Positions 24,455-31,503 of a DNA stretch of 32,000 bases are shown here, in pieces. Where the stretch lies: assembly GCF_000179635.2 (NCBI RefSeq), contig NC_014825.1, positions 210,001 through 242,000 of the forward strand, read 5' to 3'. Positions within the stretch are counted from its first letter, which is position 1; every line of letters starts with the position of its first letter. The position numbers were made by a program, and so were the translations under genes. The stretch comes from Ruminococcus albus 7 = DSM 20455. Its GTDB lineage: Bacteria > Bacillota > Clostridia > Oscillospirales > Ruminococcaceae. Below the pieces are notes generated by a model. That model was not told the origin of the DNA. It searched no databases and saw only the letters and a program-made list of their open reading frames with translations.

Positions 24455-26618
24455 TCACACAAATGTAGTCCTTATCATTTTCCATTTCCGGCTCTGTTGT
24501 CACAACAGTATCCTCGTCATCAAGGCTTGCCGGCTCCGGTTTTCCGTTCTTCGGCTTTTTCGGGATATTTGCAAGCCTTTTGGCTGCTTCCATTTCGGCT
24601 ATCCTGCTGTGAGGCTGCTCCGAATCGACCGATATATCCTCGACATGACAATCAAGCTCTTTTTCTTCATTATTATTTTCGGGGGCTGATTCATGTTCGG
24701 TATTATCATCGGCTTCATTATCTTCCGCAGGCTCACTGTGCAAGTCCTCATCATCGGTTTCCGCCGCCTGACCGAATTTCACGGTCATGACATCTTTTAC
24801 AAGATAAGCGTTATCGCCGTTGAAATCCTCCAGCAGCTTGTAATTCGGGTGCTTTTCGATCTTGAACTTATTGCAGAAAAACGGGAAAATACCTCTGACG
24901 AACAGGATACATTCGTTATCCTTCATCGTTTTCAGCTCATCAACTGTCATAAGCTCGCGTCCGAGAATACCGTCATTTTCCGATGTCGAACCCTGCCGTC
25001 CGCGTGTGCGGTTATGCGACCTTGTATCTATTGTTTCTTTTCCGAGTGTCTTTGAAATATGCTCTAATGTAGTCGGCTCCTGACCGCCCAAAAACAGCAG
25101 GCTGTCGCAGTTACCAAGTACATTCTCCCAGCTGTCCTTGTACATCTTTTTGAGCTGAGAAAGGTTCTGGATTATGACGTTAGCGGATATTTCCATAGAA
25201 CGCATAGTTGCCAAAAGCTCCTCAAAGCGCGGAATTTGACCAAGATTTGCGAACTCATCGAGCAGACAGCGCACATGAACGGGCAGCCGCCCGCCGTACT
25301 TGAAATTCGCTCTGTCGTACAGCACATCAAAAAGCTGAGTGTACATCATAGCCGCCAGAAAATTGAACGTATCGTCCGAGCTTGGTATAATGATAAACAT
25401 CGCCACGGGCTTATCGCCTATCGTTTCAAGGTGGATATTATCGCAGCTCGTTAAGTCCATTACTTCGGGGATATTGAATGCCTGCAAGCGCACCGCCGTC
25501 GATATTAGAATCGACTTTGCCGTATCTCCCGCCGCCTTTTTGAAATCCTTGTAGTATTTGATACACATATACTCATGGGGCTGCTTGTCTTTTTTGGCAA
25601 GATCAATAAGGTTTAAATCCTTGACCCTCTTATCAATTTTTCCTGCCTCCTCGGTATATTTATCGGGATTTTCAAGCGCGTCGAAGATCAGATCGAGATC
25701 GGACATATATGCATCATCGCCCTCTTTGACTTCAGCCTTTTTCAGCAGCTTCATGACTTCGGAAAAGTTTTGGCGGCTTTTGTCCTCGCATTCTACAAGG
25801 TAGAAGCAAAGTGCAGCCAGCAGGGCTTTTGTGCTGTCATCCCAGAACTGGTCGCCCCCGCTATTTTCCTTAGATGTGTTCTTCATCAGCACGTTTACCA
25901 TTTTAATAACGGCGGTAGCGCTGTAATGCCCGTCCACATCATAGATGTACTCAAAGGGATTGTAGTTATTGGAGTGCGCCATATCTATCAGATTAAAAAC
26001 TCTGATGTCATATCCGTAATGCTCCAACATCTTTCCGGTTGACCGCAGCAGCTCACCCTTCGGGTCGGTACAGACATAAGAGGTGTTTGCCTGCATGAGA
26101 TTTGGCTTGACGTAGAATCGGGACTTACCGCTGCCCGAACCGCCTATGACCATCACATTCAGGTTTTTCCTCGTCTGCCTTGTGTTCAGCGACATTTTTA
26201 CTTCGTTTGTCAGAACCACGTTATTATCAATGGTGTAGGTCTTATCTTTCTTTTTCCAGAATTTCAAACGCTCGAAGAAATTATGCACCTTGACCTTGAA
26301 CGGCAGCTTTTGTTTCTTGGGCTTGTCCAGCAGGCTCTTGACCTCTTTCGAGTTTGCCCACCTTGCCGAGCCGTGTTCCTCACCTTTGCGGTGAAACTTC
26401 TTTTTGCTTGTGTACTTATTCAGCGCATACAGACCTATCCCAAAAGCTGCAAACATAGGTATCTTTGCAGCATAACCGCCAGCCTTCACAAGCTCGAAAA
26501 CAAGGTGAGTATCCTTCAATGTACTATCCAAAGATTTGGACAGCATATCTAAATCTACCTTTTCCCTATCATCAGCAGCTATATCCATACAGGCACCTAC
26601 CGCTGCCAACATATACAC
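24417..26618 (-). CDS. virD4: VirD4/TraG-type type IV coupling protein (T4CP) with acidic C-terminal tail; true start probably upstream of the track start
   Basis: Walker A GGSGSGKS (26121-26144). EHGSARWANSKEV and LLDEFANLGQIP motifs are typical of T4CPs. GTG 26618 lies inside the first predicted TM helix (see finding). Confidence 0.9.
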   Translation of the reverse strand: MYMLAAVGACMDIAADDREKVDLDMLSKSLDSTLKDTHLVFELVKAGGYAAKIPMFAAFGIGLYALNKYTSKKKFHRKGEEHGSARWANSKEVKSLLDKPKKQKLPFKVKVHNFFERLKFWKKKDKTYTIDNNVVLTNEVKMSLNTRQTRKNLNVMVIGGSGSGKSRFYVKPNLMQANTSYVCTDPKGELLRSTGKMLEHYGYDIRVFNLIDMAHSNNYNPFEYIYDVDGHYSATAVIKMVNVLMKNTSKENSGGDQFWDDSTKALLAALCFYLVECEDKSRQNFSEVMKLLKKAEVKEGDDAYMSDLDLIFDALENPDKYTEEAGKIDKRVKDLNLIDLAKKDKQPHEYMCIKYYKDFKKAAGDTAKSILISTAVRLQAFNIPEVMDLTSCDNIHLETIGDKPVAMFIIIPSSDDTFNFLAAMMYTQLFDVLYDRANFKYGGRLPVHVRCLLDEFANLGQIPRFEELLATMRSMEISANVIIQNLSQLKKMYKDSWENVLGNCDSLLFLGGQEPTTLEHISKTLGKETIDTRSHNRTRGRQGSTSENDGILGRELMTVDELKTMKDNECILFVRGIFPFFCNKFKIEKHPNYKLLEDFNGDNAYLVKDVMTVKFGQAAETDDEDLHSEPAEDNEADDNTEHESAPENNNEEKELDCHVEDISVDSEQPHSRIAEMEAAKRLANIPKKPKNGKPEPASLDDEDTVVTTEPEMENDKDYICVNANDYLDNYDEF

Positions 26619-26683
26619 CGTAAATCCCGCAAGAGCCGAATAGATACTGACCGTTAAAAAATCAAGTTTCTTAGGCTCGCGGC

Positions 26684-28051
26684 TTATTTTCTCGACCCCC
26701 TGTTCTTTGTCTTGTTTGTAAGCGGGTTGGTAGGCTTTGGCAATTTTGCCTTGACCCTCTGGAGCGTGTTCATCGAAACGCTCTGTTTCTTTGCTTTGTT
26801 GAAGATCTTTTCAGCCTTGCTCCTGCTTATTCCGAACTTGTCCGTCAGCTGTTTTATTGCCGAATCCTTATCCGTCAGATCAAGCCGCAGCACAGTATTT
26901 CCGCCCGTGACCGTAAAGCTGTTCTGAGATTCACGCTCTATGACGAAATTCTTGAAATTCAGCATTACAGCCTTTTCTGCAAATCCGAGCTTTTCAGCCT
27001 TTGCCAAAATAGCGGCAATGGTCTCGTTATCATTGACCTTCAAGTAATCGCGGATATTCCGTTCCACGTCCTCGCGCCTGATACTTGCCGCTGACAGCAC
27101 GACAAAATTGCCCTCGCTGTCGGTAATAGTAAGATGCGGCGCTTTCTCGTTTTTGAACTTCATTCTCGCAAAGGAAAACTTCTCAGTGAGGATATTGTCA
27201 TCATCAAGCTTTATATCCTTTTCAAAGTAATCCATTTGCTCGACCGTTCGGGAGCTGCTGTAATAGAACTTCTTCTGTTCATCGGTCAGCCTGCCCGCAA
27301 GGACATTTGCGACCTCCGCTGCCTTGAACGGCTCGAAGCCCATACGCTCATTCAGCATTCGTTCCAGCCTTGCTTTCGTACAGAAGTTCATGGTCAGCTT
27401 TTTACCGTCGTTCATATCGGTAATGACGATCTTAGGCTTGCCCTTTTCCTTTACGACCTCCACCGATATTTTCGATAGTTCCGCCTGCATTTTTCTGTAA
27501 TTCACAAGCGCCCGGTCTATCTGCTTTTCGTAAGCCGCATTGAAGATACACTTAACACCGTCCTGCGATTCCATGAAATTCACGGGAATATCGTGGTCGG
27601 CGCAGTACATCTGAAAGCCCTCGACATTAGCCTTATCAAAGGTTATCATCTTTTCGGCTTGCTCCGGCGGTCCCTGCGCCTTCATAGCATGGATATCCTT
27701 TACGATATTATCAAGCGTAGGCTTGTCCTTTAGGTTGAAGAACACGGACAAGGTGTTTTCCTTGCCCTTTTCTTGAATACCGGCAACAGGTATCCCAAGC
27801 TTCTTGGCTCTTTTTGCAAGTTCCTTGAAGTCCTCCTTGCTGTACGACGGCAGCATACCTATCTCGCCGCCCGATTTCAGCTTCTTCAAACTGACATCGC
27901 CGCGATACTCCTTGGCTTTCTTGACCTTCGGTCCCTTCTGCCGTTCTTTGTCGATGTTTATCTTGATTATTTCCAGAATTATCTCGTTAGCCTTCGAGAT
28001 AAGATCCGTTGTAACAGTAACACCGGCACTTGCGACGTCATCTCCGTGCAT
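26684..28051 (-). CDS. pcfB: PcfB-like (DUF3801-type) protein with a ~300-aa C-terminal extension
   Basis: N-terminal YRGDVSLKKLKSGGEIGMLPSYSKEDFKELAKRAKKLGIPVAGIQEKGKENTLSVFFNLKDKPTLDNIV fits the PcfB pattern. Lies directly upstream of the T4CP, as pcfB-pcfC in pCF10. AAAGGAGTGG lies upstream of the ATG. Confidence 0.7.
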   Translation of the reverse strand: MHGDDVASAGVTVTTDLISKANEIILEIIKINIDKERQKGPKVKKAKEYRGDVSLKKLKSGGEIGMLPSYSKEDFKELAKRAKKLGIPVAGIQEKGKENTLSVFFNLKDKPTLDNIVKDIHAMKAQGPPEQAEKMITFDKANVEGFQMYCADHDIPVNFMESQDGVKCIFNAAYEKQIDRALVNYRKMQAELSKISVEVVKEKGKPKIVITDMNDGKKLTMNFCTKARLERMLNERMGFEPFKAAEVANVLAGRLTDEQKKFYYSSSRTVEQMDYFEKDIKLDDDNILTEKFSFARMKFKNEKAPHLTITDSEGNFVVLSAASIRREDVERNIRDYLKVNDNETIAAILAKAEKLGFAEKAVMLNFKNFVIERESQNSFTVTGGNTVLRLDLTDKDSAIKQLTDKFGISRSKAEKIFNKAKKQSVSMNTLQRVKAKLPKPTNPLTNKTKNRGSRK

Positions 28052-28187
28052 ATTTTCACCACTCCTTTCATGATAGGATGATCGCTGTTAAGAGTGACTT
28101 GCCTGTCTTGCCCTCTCATAAGTTAGGGGTCGGGAAGCCGTTTTTTTGAGGTCGGACAGAGCAAGTTCTCTTTTTTGCACAAACGAA

Positions 28188-28916
28188 TTACAGTCCGAAG
28201 TATTCTCTGCCGGCATTTTTGACAATAGACTTGATCTTTTCGACCGACTCCCATGCGGAGTGAGTGCTTATGCCCTCGTGCTTTGCAATCATGGTCGGGG
28301 TCTGTGCATAGCAGAGATACATCACGGCTCTGTTGGTCAGTATCTCGCCGTAGGGCTTGAACAGTTCTCTGACGGTGATGAGCAGTTCGATCTTTCTGGT
28401 ATTATCCTCCTGATACATACCGTTCATCTCACCTCTCGCCACTTCCTCGAAGCCCTTTCCGTCACGCTTTTTTCTCAGCTTTTCCTTTTCGTAATTATCC
28501 TCGCTTCTGTATTTTGCAAGCTGCATACAGATCTTGTTGGATACCTCAATAAAATCGGGACAGTCTCTGTAATCCTCCATAAGATCACAGAGCTTTACAA
28601 GCACCGTCTTGCGGCTGTTTACATGGTTGAGCTGGCTTACATACGTTTCGGGAGTAACATACACCCATGTTTCTTTCTTGCACAGGTGCGGATAAAATCT
28701 CCTGATGTCCATCTTTACCGCATCATCACTCTCGCTCACAAGCGAAGACATAAGCTCCTTGTAGCGGCAGAGGTCATTATACGCCTCCAGACCCACGTCA
28801 AAATACTCCACGCCCGAAATGTCCTCGGGGAAGTATTCCTTAACAGCGATCCTCATGGTCACGCTGCTCTTGCTGCCGTTTTCCTTATTGCCGATAACCT
28901 TTACATTCTTATTCAT
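28188..28916 (-). CDS. Putative transcription regulator with a C-terminal sigma-70 region-4-like HTH (243 aa from ATG 28916)
   Basis: GGAGG lies 9 nt before ATG 28916; the track start 29051 is unlikely. C-terminal LTNRAVMYLCYAQTPTMIAKHEGISTHSAWESVEKIKSIV resembles region 4.2. Confidence 0.5.
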   Translation of the reverse strand: MNKNVKVIGNKENGSKSSVTMRIAVKEYFPEDISGVEYFDVGLEAYNDLCRYKELMSSLVSESDDAVKMDIRRFYPHLCKKETWVYVTPETYVSQLNHVNSRKTVLVKLCDLMEDYRDCPDFIEVSNKICMQLAKYRSEDNYEKEKLRKKRDGKGFEEVARGEMNGMYQEDNTRKIELLITVRELFKPYGEILTNRAVMYLCYAQTPTMIAKHEGISTHSAWESVEKIKSIVKNAGREYFGL

Positions 28917-28926
28917 GATAAAATTC

Positions 28927-28982
28927 CTCCGTTTTGATAATTGTTTTGATTGATTTTTGTTAAATTCAAATTCAAAACGGAG
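28927..28982 (-). promoter_or_regulatory. 11-bp perfect inverted repeat (CTCCGTTTTGA / TCAAAACGGAG) whose 3' arm contains the SD of the regulator gene
   Basis: Arms at 28927-28937 and 28972-28982, loop 34 nt. On the minus RNA the downstream arm includes the GGAG of the RBS for ATG 28916. Confidence 0.45.
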
Positions 28983-29029
28983 ATCATGGATATTTAGCTG
29001 TAAGGCACAGCCATTTTGCCGATAAAAAC

Positions 29030-29081
29030 ACGAAAAGCCCCTTTCCCGCACACAAATGCCGGAAAGGGGCTATCTAACACA
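29030..29081 (-). terminator. Rho-independent terminator on the minus strand
   Basis: Minus RNA reads AGCCCCUUUCC-(14 nt)-GGAAAGGGGCU followed by UUUCGUGUUUUUAUC. Perfect 11-bp GC-rich stem (29046-29056 / 29071-29081). Confidence 0.7.
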
Positions 29082-29091
29082 GTACAAAATC

Positions 29092-29196
29092 GAGCACAAA
29101 AAAAGCGCTGCACAAAACGACCGAATAAGCCTGCGTACATGAGTACAGATATACTCATATACCGGTTTTTCGGTCAGATTTTGTACGGCGCTTGGT
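29092..29196 (-). other. Nested three-stem element (candidate structured leader RNA, alternatively an oriT-like cruciform)
   Basis: P1 GTACAAAATC/GATTTTGTAC (29092-29101 / 29187-29196). P2 GACCGAA/TTCGGTC (29129-29135 / 29179-29185). P3 is an 11-bp hairpin (29145-29155 / 29162-29172) whose single mismatch is C-A on the plus strand but a G-U wobble on the minus strand. Confidence 0.4.
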
Positions 29197-29311
29197 AGTC
29201 CGCAGTTTTTAAGCTGCGCCTCCGCTAAGACGGGTTTCTCTCCCGCCCCAATTATGCACGATTAGAAATCTTAGTCTATATCCAATTGTAATTATTGATT
29301 ATGTGGTATTC

Positions 29312-29515
29312 TCAGAAATACCTCTTTGCTGTCCTGAAATACGCAAGATTTATCGCAAAAATGCGCTTGCACTTGGGACACTTTATATTCATATGTCCGG
29401 TGCAGTCGGAATAAACGCTCTGCACCTTGTAATTGCACTTTGGGCATTTGATGAACCTCTCGTTCAGCCCTGCCGCGTCTATTTCCATAGAGGAAATAGA
29501 AAGATATTTATACAT
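29312..29515 (-). CDS. Cysteine-rich KTR-type zinc-ribbon small protein
   Basis: FIKCPKCNYKVQSVYSDCTGHMNIKCPKCKRIF, i.e. two CPKC knuckles. The start is uncertain: ATG 29515 lies 5 nt after the upstream stop, while the track uses GTG 29539. Confidence 0.6.
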   Translation of the reverse strand: MYKYLSISSMEIDAAGLNERFIKCPKCNYKVQSVYSDCTGHMNIKCPKCKRIFAINLAYFRTAKRYF

Positions 29516-29519
29516 AGCC

Positions 29520-30242
29520 TCAGTGGTCACTCGCAGCACCTCCGAGGAAAAAGCCTCCCGTAAGCTCTTTTATGTTATGCTTTTCGAGCATATTCAGATG
29601 CTTCAGACGGATAATAAGTGCGCTCATGGATACCTGCATGAAATCGGCGATCTCACGGAGCTTGTTCTGCGTTTCTCTGTCAAAGGTATCATTACCGTAA
29701 ACACATATAGGCTGATCCTCCATTACCGAGCGGCAGGTGTTTCTCACAAGTCTTCTCGGCATGAGGAGCGCGGCAGCACCTCTGTCTGCCTGAAGCTCCC
29801 TTTTATCCATGAGAGTTTTGAGTTCTGCGACAGAACACTTCTTTTCCATGCTGAACTCGGTACGGTATGCCGCAATAGGGGTTCCGTTATTAAAAACGGT
29901 TTCAAGATGATGATACACCTCATGAGCCAGCGTAAAGCGACGTTTATGTTTCTTTTCGTCTACCTTAAGTTCATCAGCGATAAGAATGTTAAATGCAGGG
30001 AAGGTCACGCTCCTCGGTCCTTCTTTAGTCATAACGTTTACCGGAGTTTCTCCGTCGGAATAGAAACCGAGCCTTTTTTCATCTTCCTCATTACAGAAGG
30101 AAACATATCTGAGCGTCAGTCCGATAGACCTTGCAAAGCCTGCAATGTCAACGGGCTGGTACGAATAGTAAAGTCCCGCAAAATCCTTGATAAGCTGTTC
30201 GCAGATCTCGTCCTGCGCTCTCGGTGATAAATAGTAGTTCAT
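29520..30242 (-). CDS. ImmA/IrrE-family zinc metallopeptidase (240 aa), first gene of the leftward operon
   Basis: HExxH in TLAHEVYHHL, downstream ELQADRGAAALLMP. GAAAGGAG lies 9 nt before the ATG. Confidence 0.8.
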   Translation of the reverse strand: MNYYLSPRAQDEICEQLIKDFAGLYYSYQPVDIAGFARSIGLTLRYVSFCNEEDEKRLGFYSDGETPVNVMTKEGPRSVTFPAFNILIADELKVDEKKHKRRFTLAHEVYHHLETVFNNGTPIAAYRTEFSMEKKCSVAELKTLMDKRELQADRGAAALLMPRRLVRNTCRSVMEDQPICVYGNDTFDRETQNKLREIADFMQVSMSALIIRLKHLNMLEKHNIKELTGGFFLGGAASDH

Positions 30243-30330
30243 GTTTCTTTACTCCTTTCACTTTACCTGATACGTTGATATATTTTCATCAGCTCCCGCG
30301 ACCGGGGCTTGCACGTTTGCTGTGATATGA

Positions 30331-30359
30331 ATTATATCACTTCAAAAGCACAATGTCAA
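30331..30359 (-). promoter_or_regulatory. Consensus sigma-A/sigma-70 promoter for the leftward (transfer) operon: TTGACA-17 nt-TATAAT
   Basis: Minus strand has TTGACA (30359-30354), a 17-nt spacer, and TATAAT (30336-30331). About 88 nt upstream of the ATG at 30242. Confidence 0.7.
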
Positions 30360-30420
30360 GCGCATTTCAACAAATTTTGAAATTTTGTAAGTTTGCACCG
30401 AAAAGCGCATTTCAAATGCG
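30360..30420. promoter_or_regulatory. Candidate operator sites: GCGCATTTCAA 11-mers and the 15-bp palindrome CGCATTTcAAATGCG
   Basis: Exact 11-mer at 30360-30370 and 30405-15 (a third copy lies at 30588-30598 inside the XRE CDS). Palindrome at 30406-30420. Confidence 0.5.
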
Positions 30421-30468
30421 TAAAAGTCACAAAAATAGATAAATCGTCGCATTTACTCGGATTTGCTA

Positions 30469-30497
30469 TTGACAAATGCACTTTTTTGTGTTATCTT
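30469..30497 (+). promoter_or_regulatory. Rightward promoter for the XRE gene: TTGACA-17 nt-TATCTT with extended -10 TG
   Basis: TTGACA 30469-30474, TGt at 30489-30491, TATCTT 30492-30497. GGAGG 30547-30551 lies 7 nt before ATG 30559. Confidence 0.6.
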
Positions 30498-30558
30498 AAA
30501 TATACCAAAGTGCGCTTTATAACATTTTGGTTGAGCGCAAATAAACGGAGGTAATATT

Positions 30559-30957
30559 ATGACTTTTGGTGAAAAATTAAAAAATCTGCGCATTTCAATA
30601 GATAAGACGCAGGGAGAAGCAGCAGACGGAATAGGCATTTCAAGGAGAGCTTTGCAGCAGTATGAAATGGGCGAAACTATCCCGAGATTTGACAGGATCT
30701 ATGAACAGGCAGCAAAATACTATAATGTCCCCGTAGAGTTTTTAAAGAACGAATCCGAAGATGATTTTAAGAAGTGCGCAGAATACGGTTACGGTGCCAA
30801 AGGAAAAAAGCAGGCTGAGGAGCTTGCAAACGAGATTGCCGGACTTTTTGCGGGCGGCGAGCTTTCCGAGGAAGATGCCGACAAGATCATGAAGGTCATG
30901 GAAGAAGCATACTGGGAAATAAAGATAAGAAAAAAGAATAAAGACAACAATACATGA
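30559..30957 (+). CDS. XRE-family HTH transcriptional repressor (ImmR-like)
   Basis: N-terminal FGEKLKNLRISIDKTQGEAADGIGISRRALQQYEMGETIP is a canonical XRE/Cro-C1 HTH. Followed by an ImmA-like gene. Confidence 0.9.
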   Translation: MTFGEKLKNLRISIDKTQGEAADGIGISRRALQQYEMGETIPRFDRIYEQAAKYYNVPVEFLKNESEDDFKKCAEYGYGAKGKKQAEELANEIAGLFAGGELSEEDADKIMKVMEEAYWEIKIRKKNKDNNT

Positions 30958-30978
30958 TGTTCCGGAGGTATTCAAACA

Positions 30979-31476
30979 TTGGAAAGTATCTATGCTCTTG
31001 TTATGCAAATTATTTTGACATATATGACGAGAGACCCCTTTGAGATAGCAGAAAGTCTGGGGATACTCGTAAAAGAAGCAGACATGGGTAATCAGCAGGG
31101 CTTTTTCAGATATATTGATGGTGTTCCCTGCATTTTCATTTCATCACGATTAAATGTTTTTCAGCGGCTGATAGTGTGTGCTCATGAGCTTGGACACTAT
31201 TATCTTCATTCGGAAATAGCAAAGGAAAAAGTGCTCCGGGAGTTTGGATTGTTCAACATGAAAAACATAGTTGAAAATGAAGCTAACGTTTTCGCCGCGG
31301 AGCTGCTCATTGACGAAGATGAGTTACTGGAAAAGTTTGAAGAAGGCTATACCATATTTCAAGCTGCAAGTGCTTTGGGCTACAGCAGCAATCTCATATA
31401 TATAAAGCTAAGAGAAATGAACAGACGAGGCTATAATTTCGATTTATCATGGGGAAATCGTGAACTGTTCAATTGA
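30979..31476 (+). CDS. ImmA/IrrE-family zinc metallopeptidase (165 aa)
   Basis: CAHELGHYYLH (HExxH) and ENEANVFAAELL. TTG start at 30979, 10 nt after GGAGG. Confidence 0.8.
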   Translation: MESIYALVMQIILTYMTRDPFEIAESLGILVKEADMGNQQGFFRYIDGVPCIFISSRLNVFQRLIVCAHELGHYYLHSEIAKEKVLREFGLFNMKNIVENEANVFAAELLIDEDELLEKFEEGYTIFQAASALGYSSNLIYIKLREMNRRGYNFDLSWGNRELFN

Positions 31477-31503
31477 TGATAGTTTGATCTATGAAGGGAG
31501 GGA

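Noticed and set aside
28052-28187. Intergenic region between the regulator and pcfB-like genes, searched for a terminator or oriT (GGTCGG direct repeat, T7 run, AGAG/CTCT mini-stem).
   Set aside because: Only 3-5-bp pairings are present. I could find no convincing hairpin plus U-tract in the transcription direction, and no extended inverted repeat.
28146-28937. 263-aa plus-strand ORF. The same applies to the other long plus-strand ORFs: 29433-30227, 19826-20509, 9345-9971, 2856-3461 and 11664-12176.
   Set aside because: All lie antisense to minus-strand genes that have clear family motifs and RBSs. Their translations are low-complexity or Leu/Arg/Cys-rich with no motifs and no SD. They are shadow ORFs of the real genes.
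29004-29168. 54-aa minus-strand ORF (MSISVLMYAGLFGRFVQRFFCARFC...) and 60-aa plus-strand ORF 29016-29198 in the long leader region.
   Set aside because: No SD. The Phe-rich composition comes from T-runs. Both run straight through the nested stems and the terminator hairpin, so the region is better explained as non-coding regulatory RNA or DNA.
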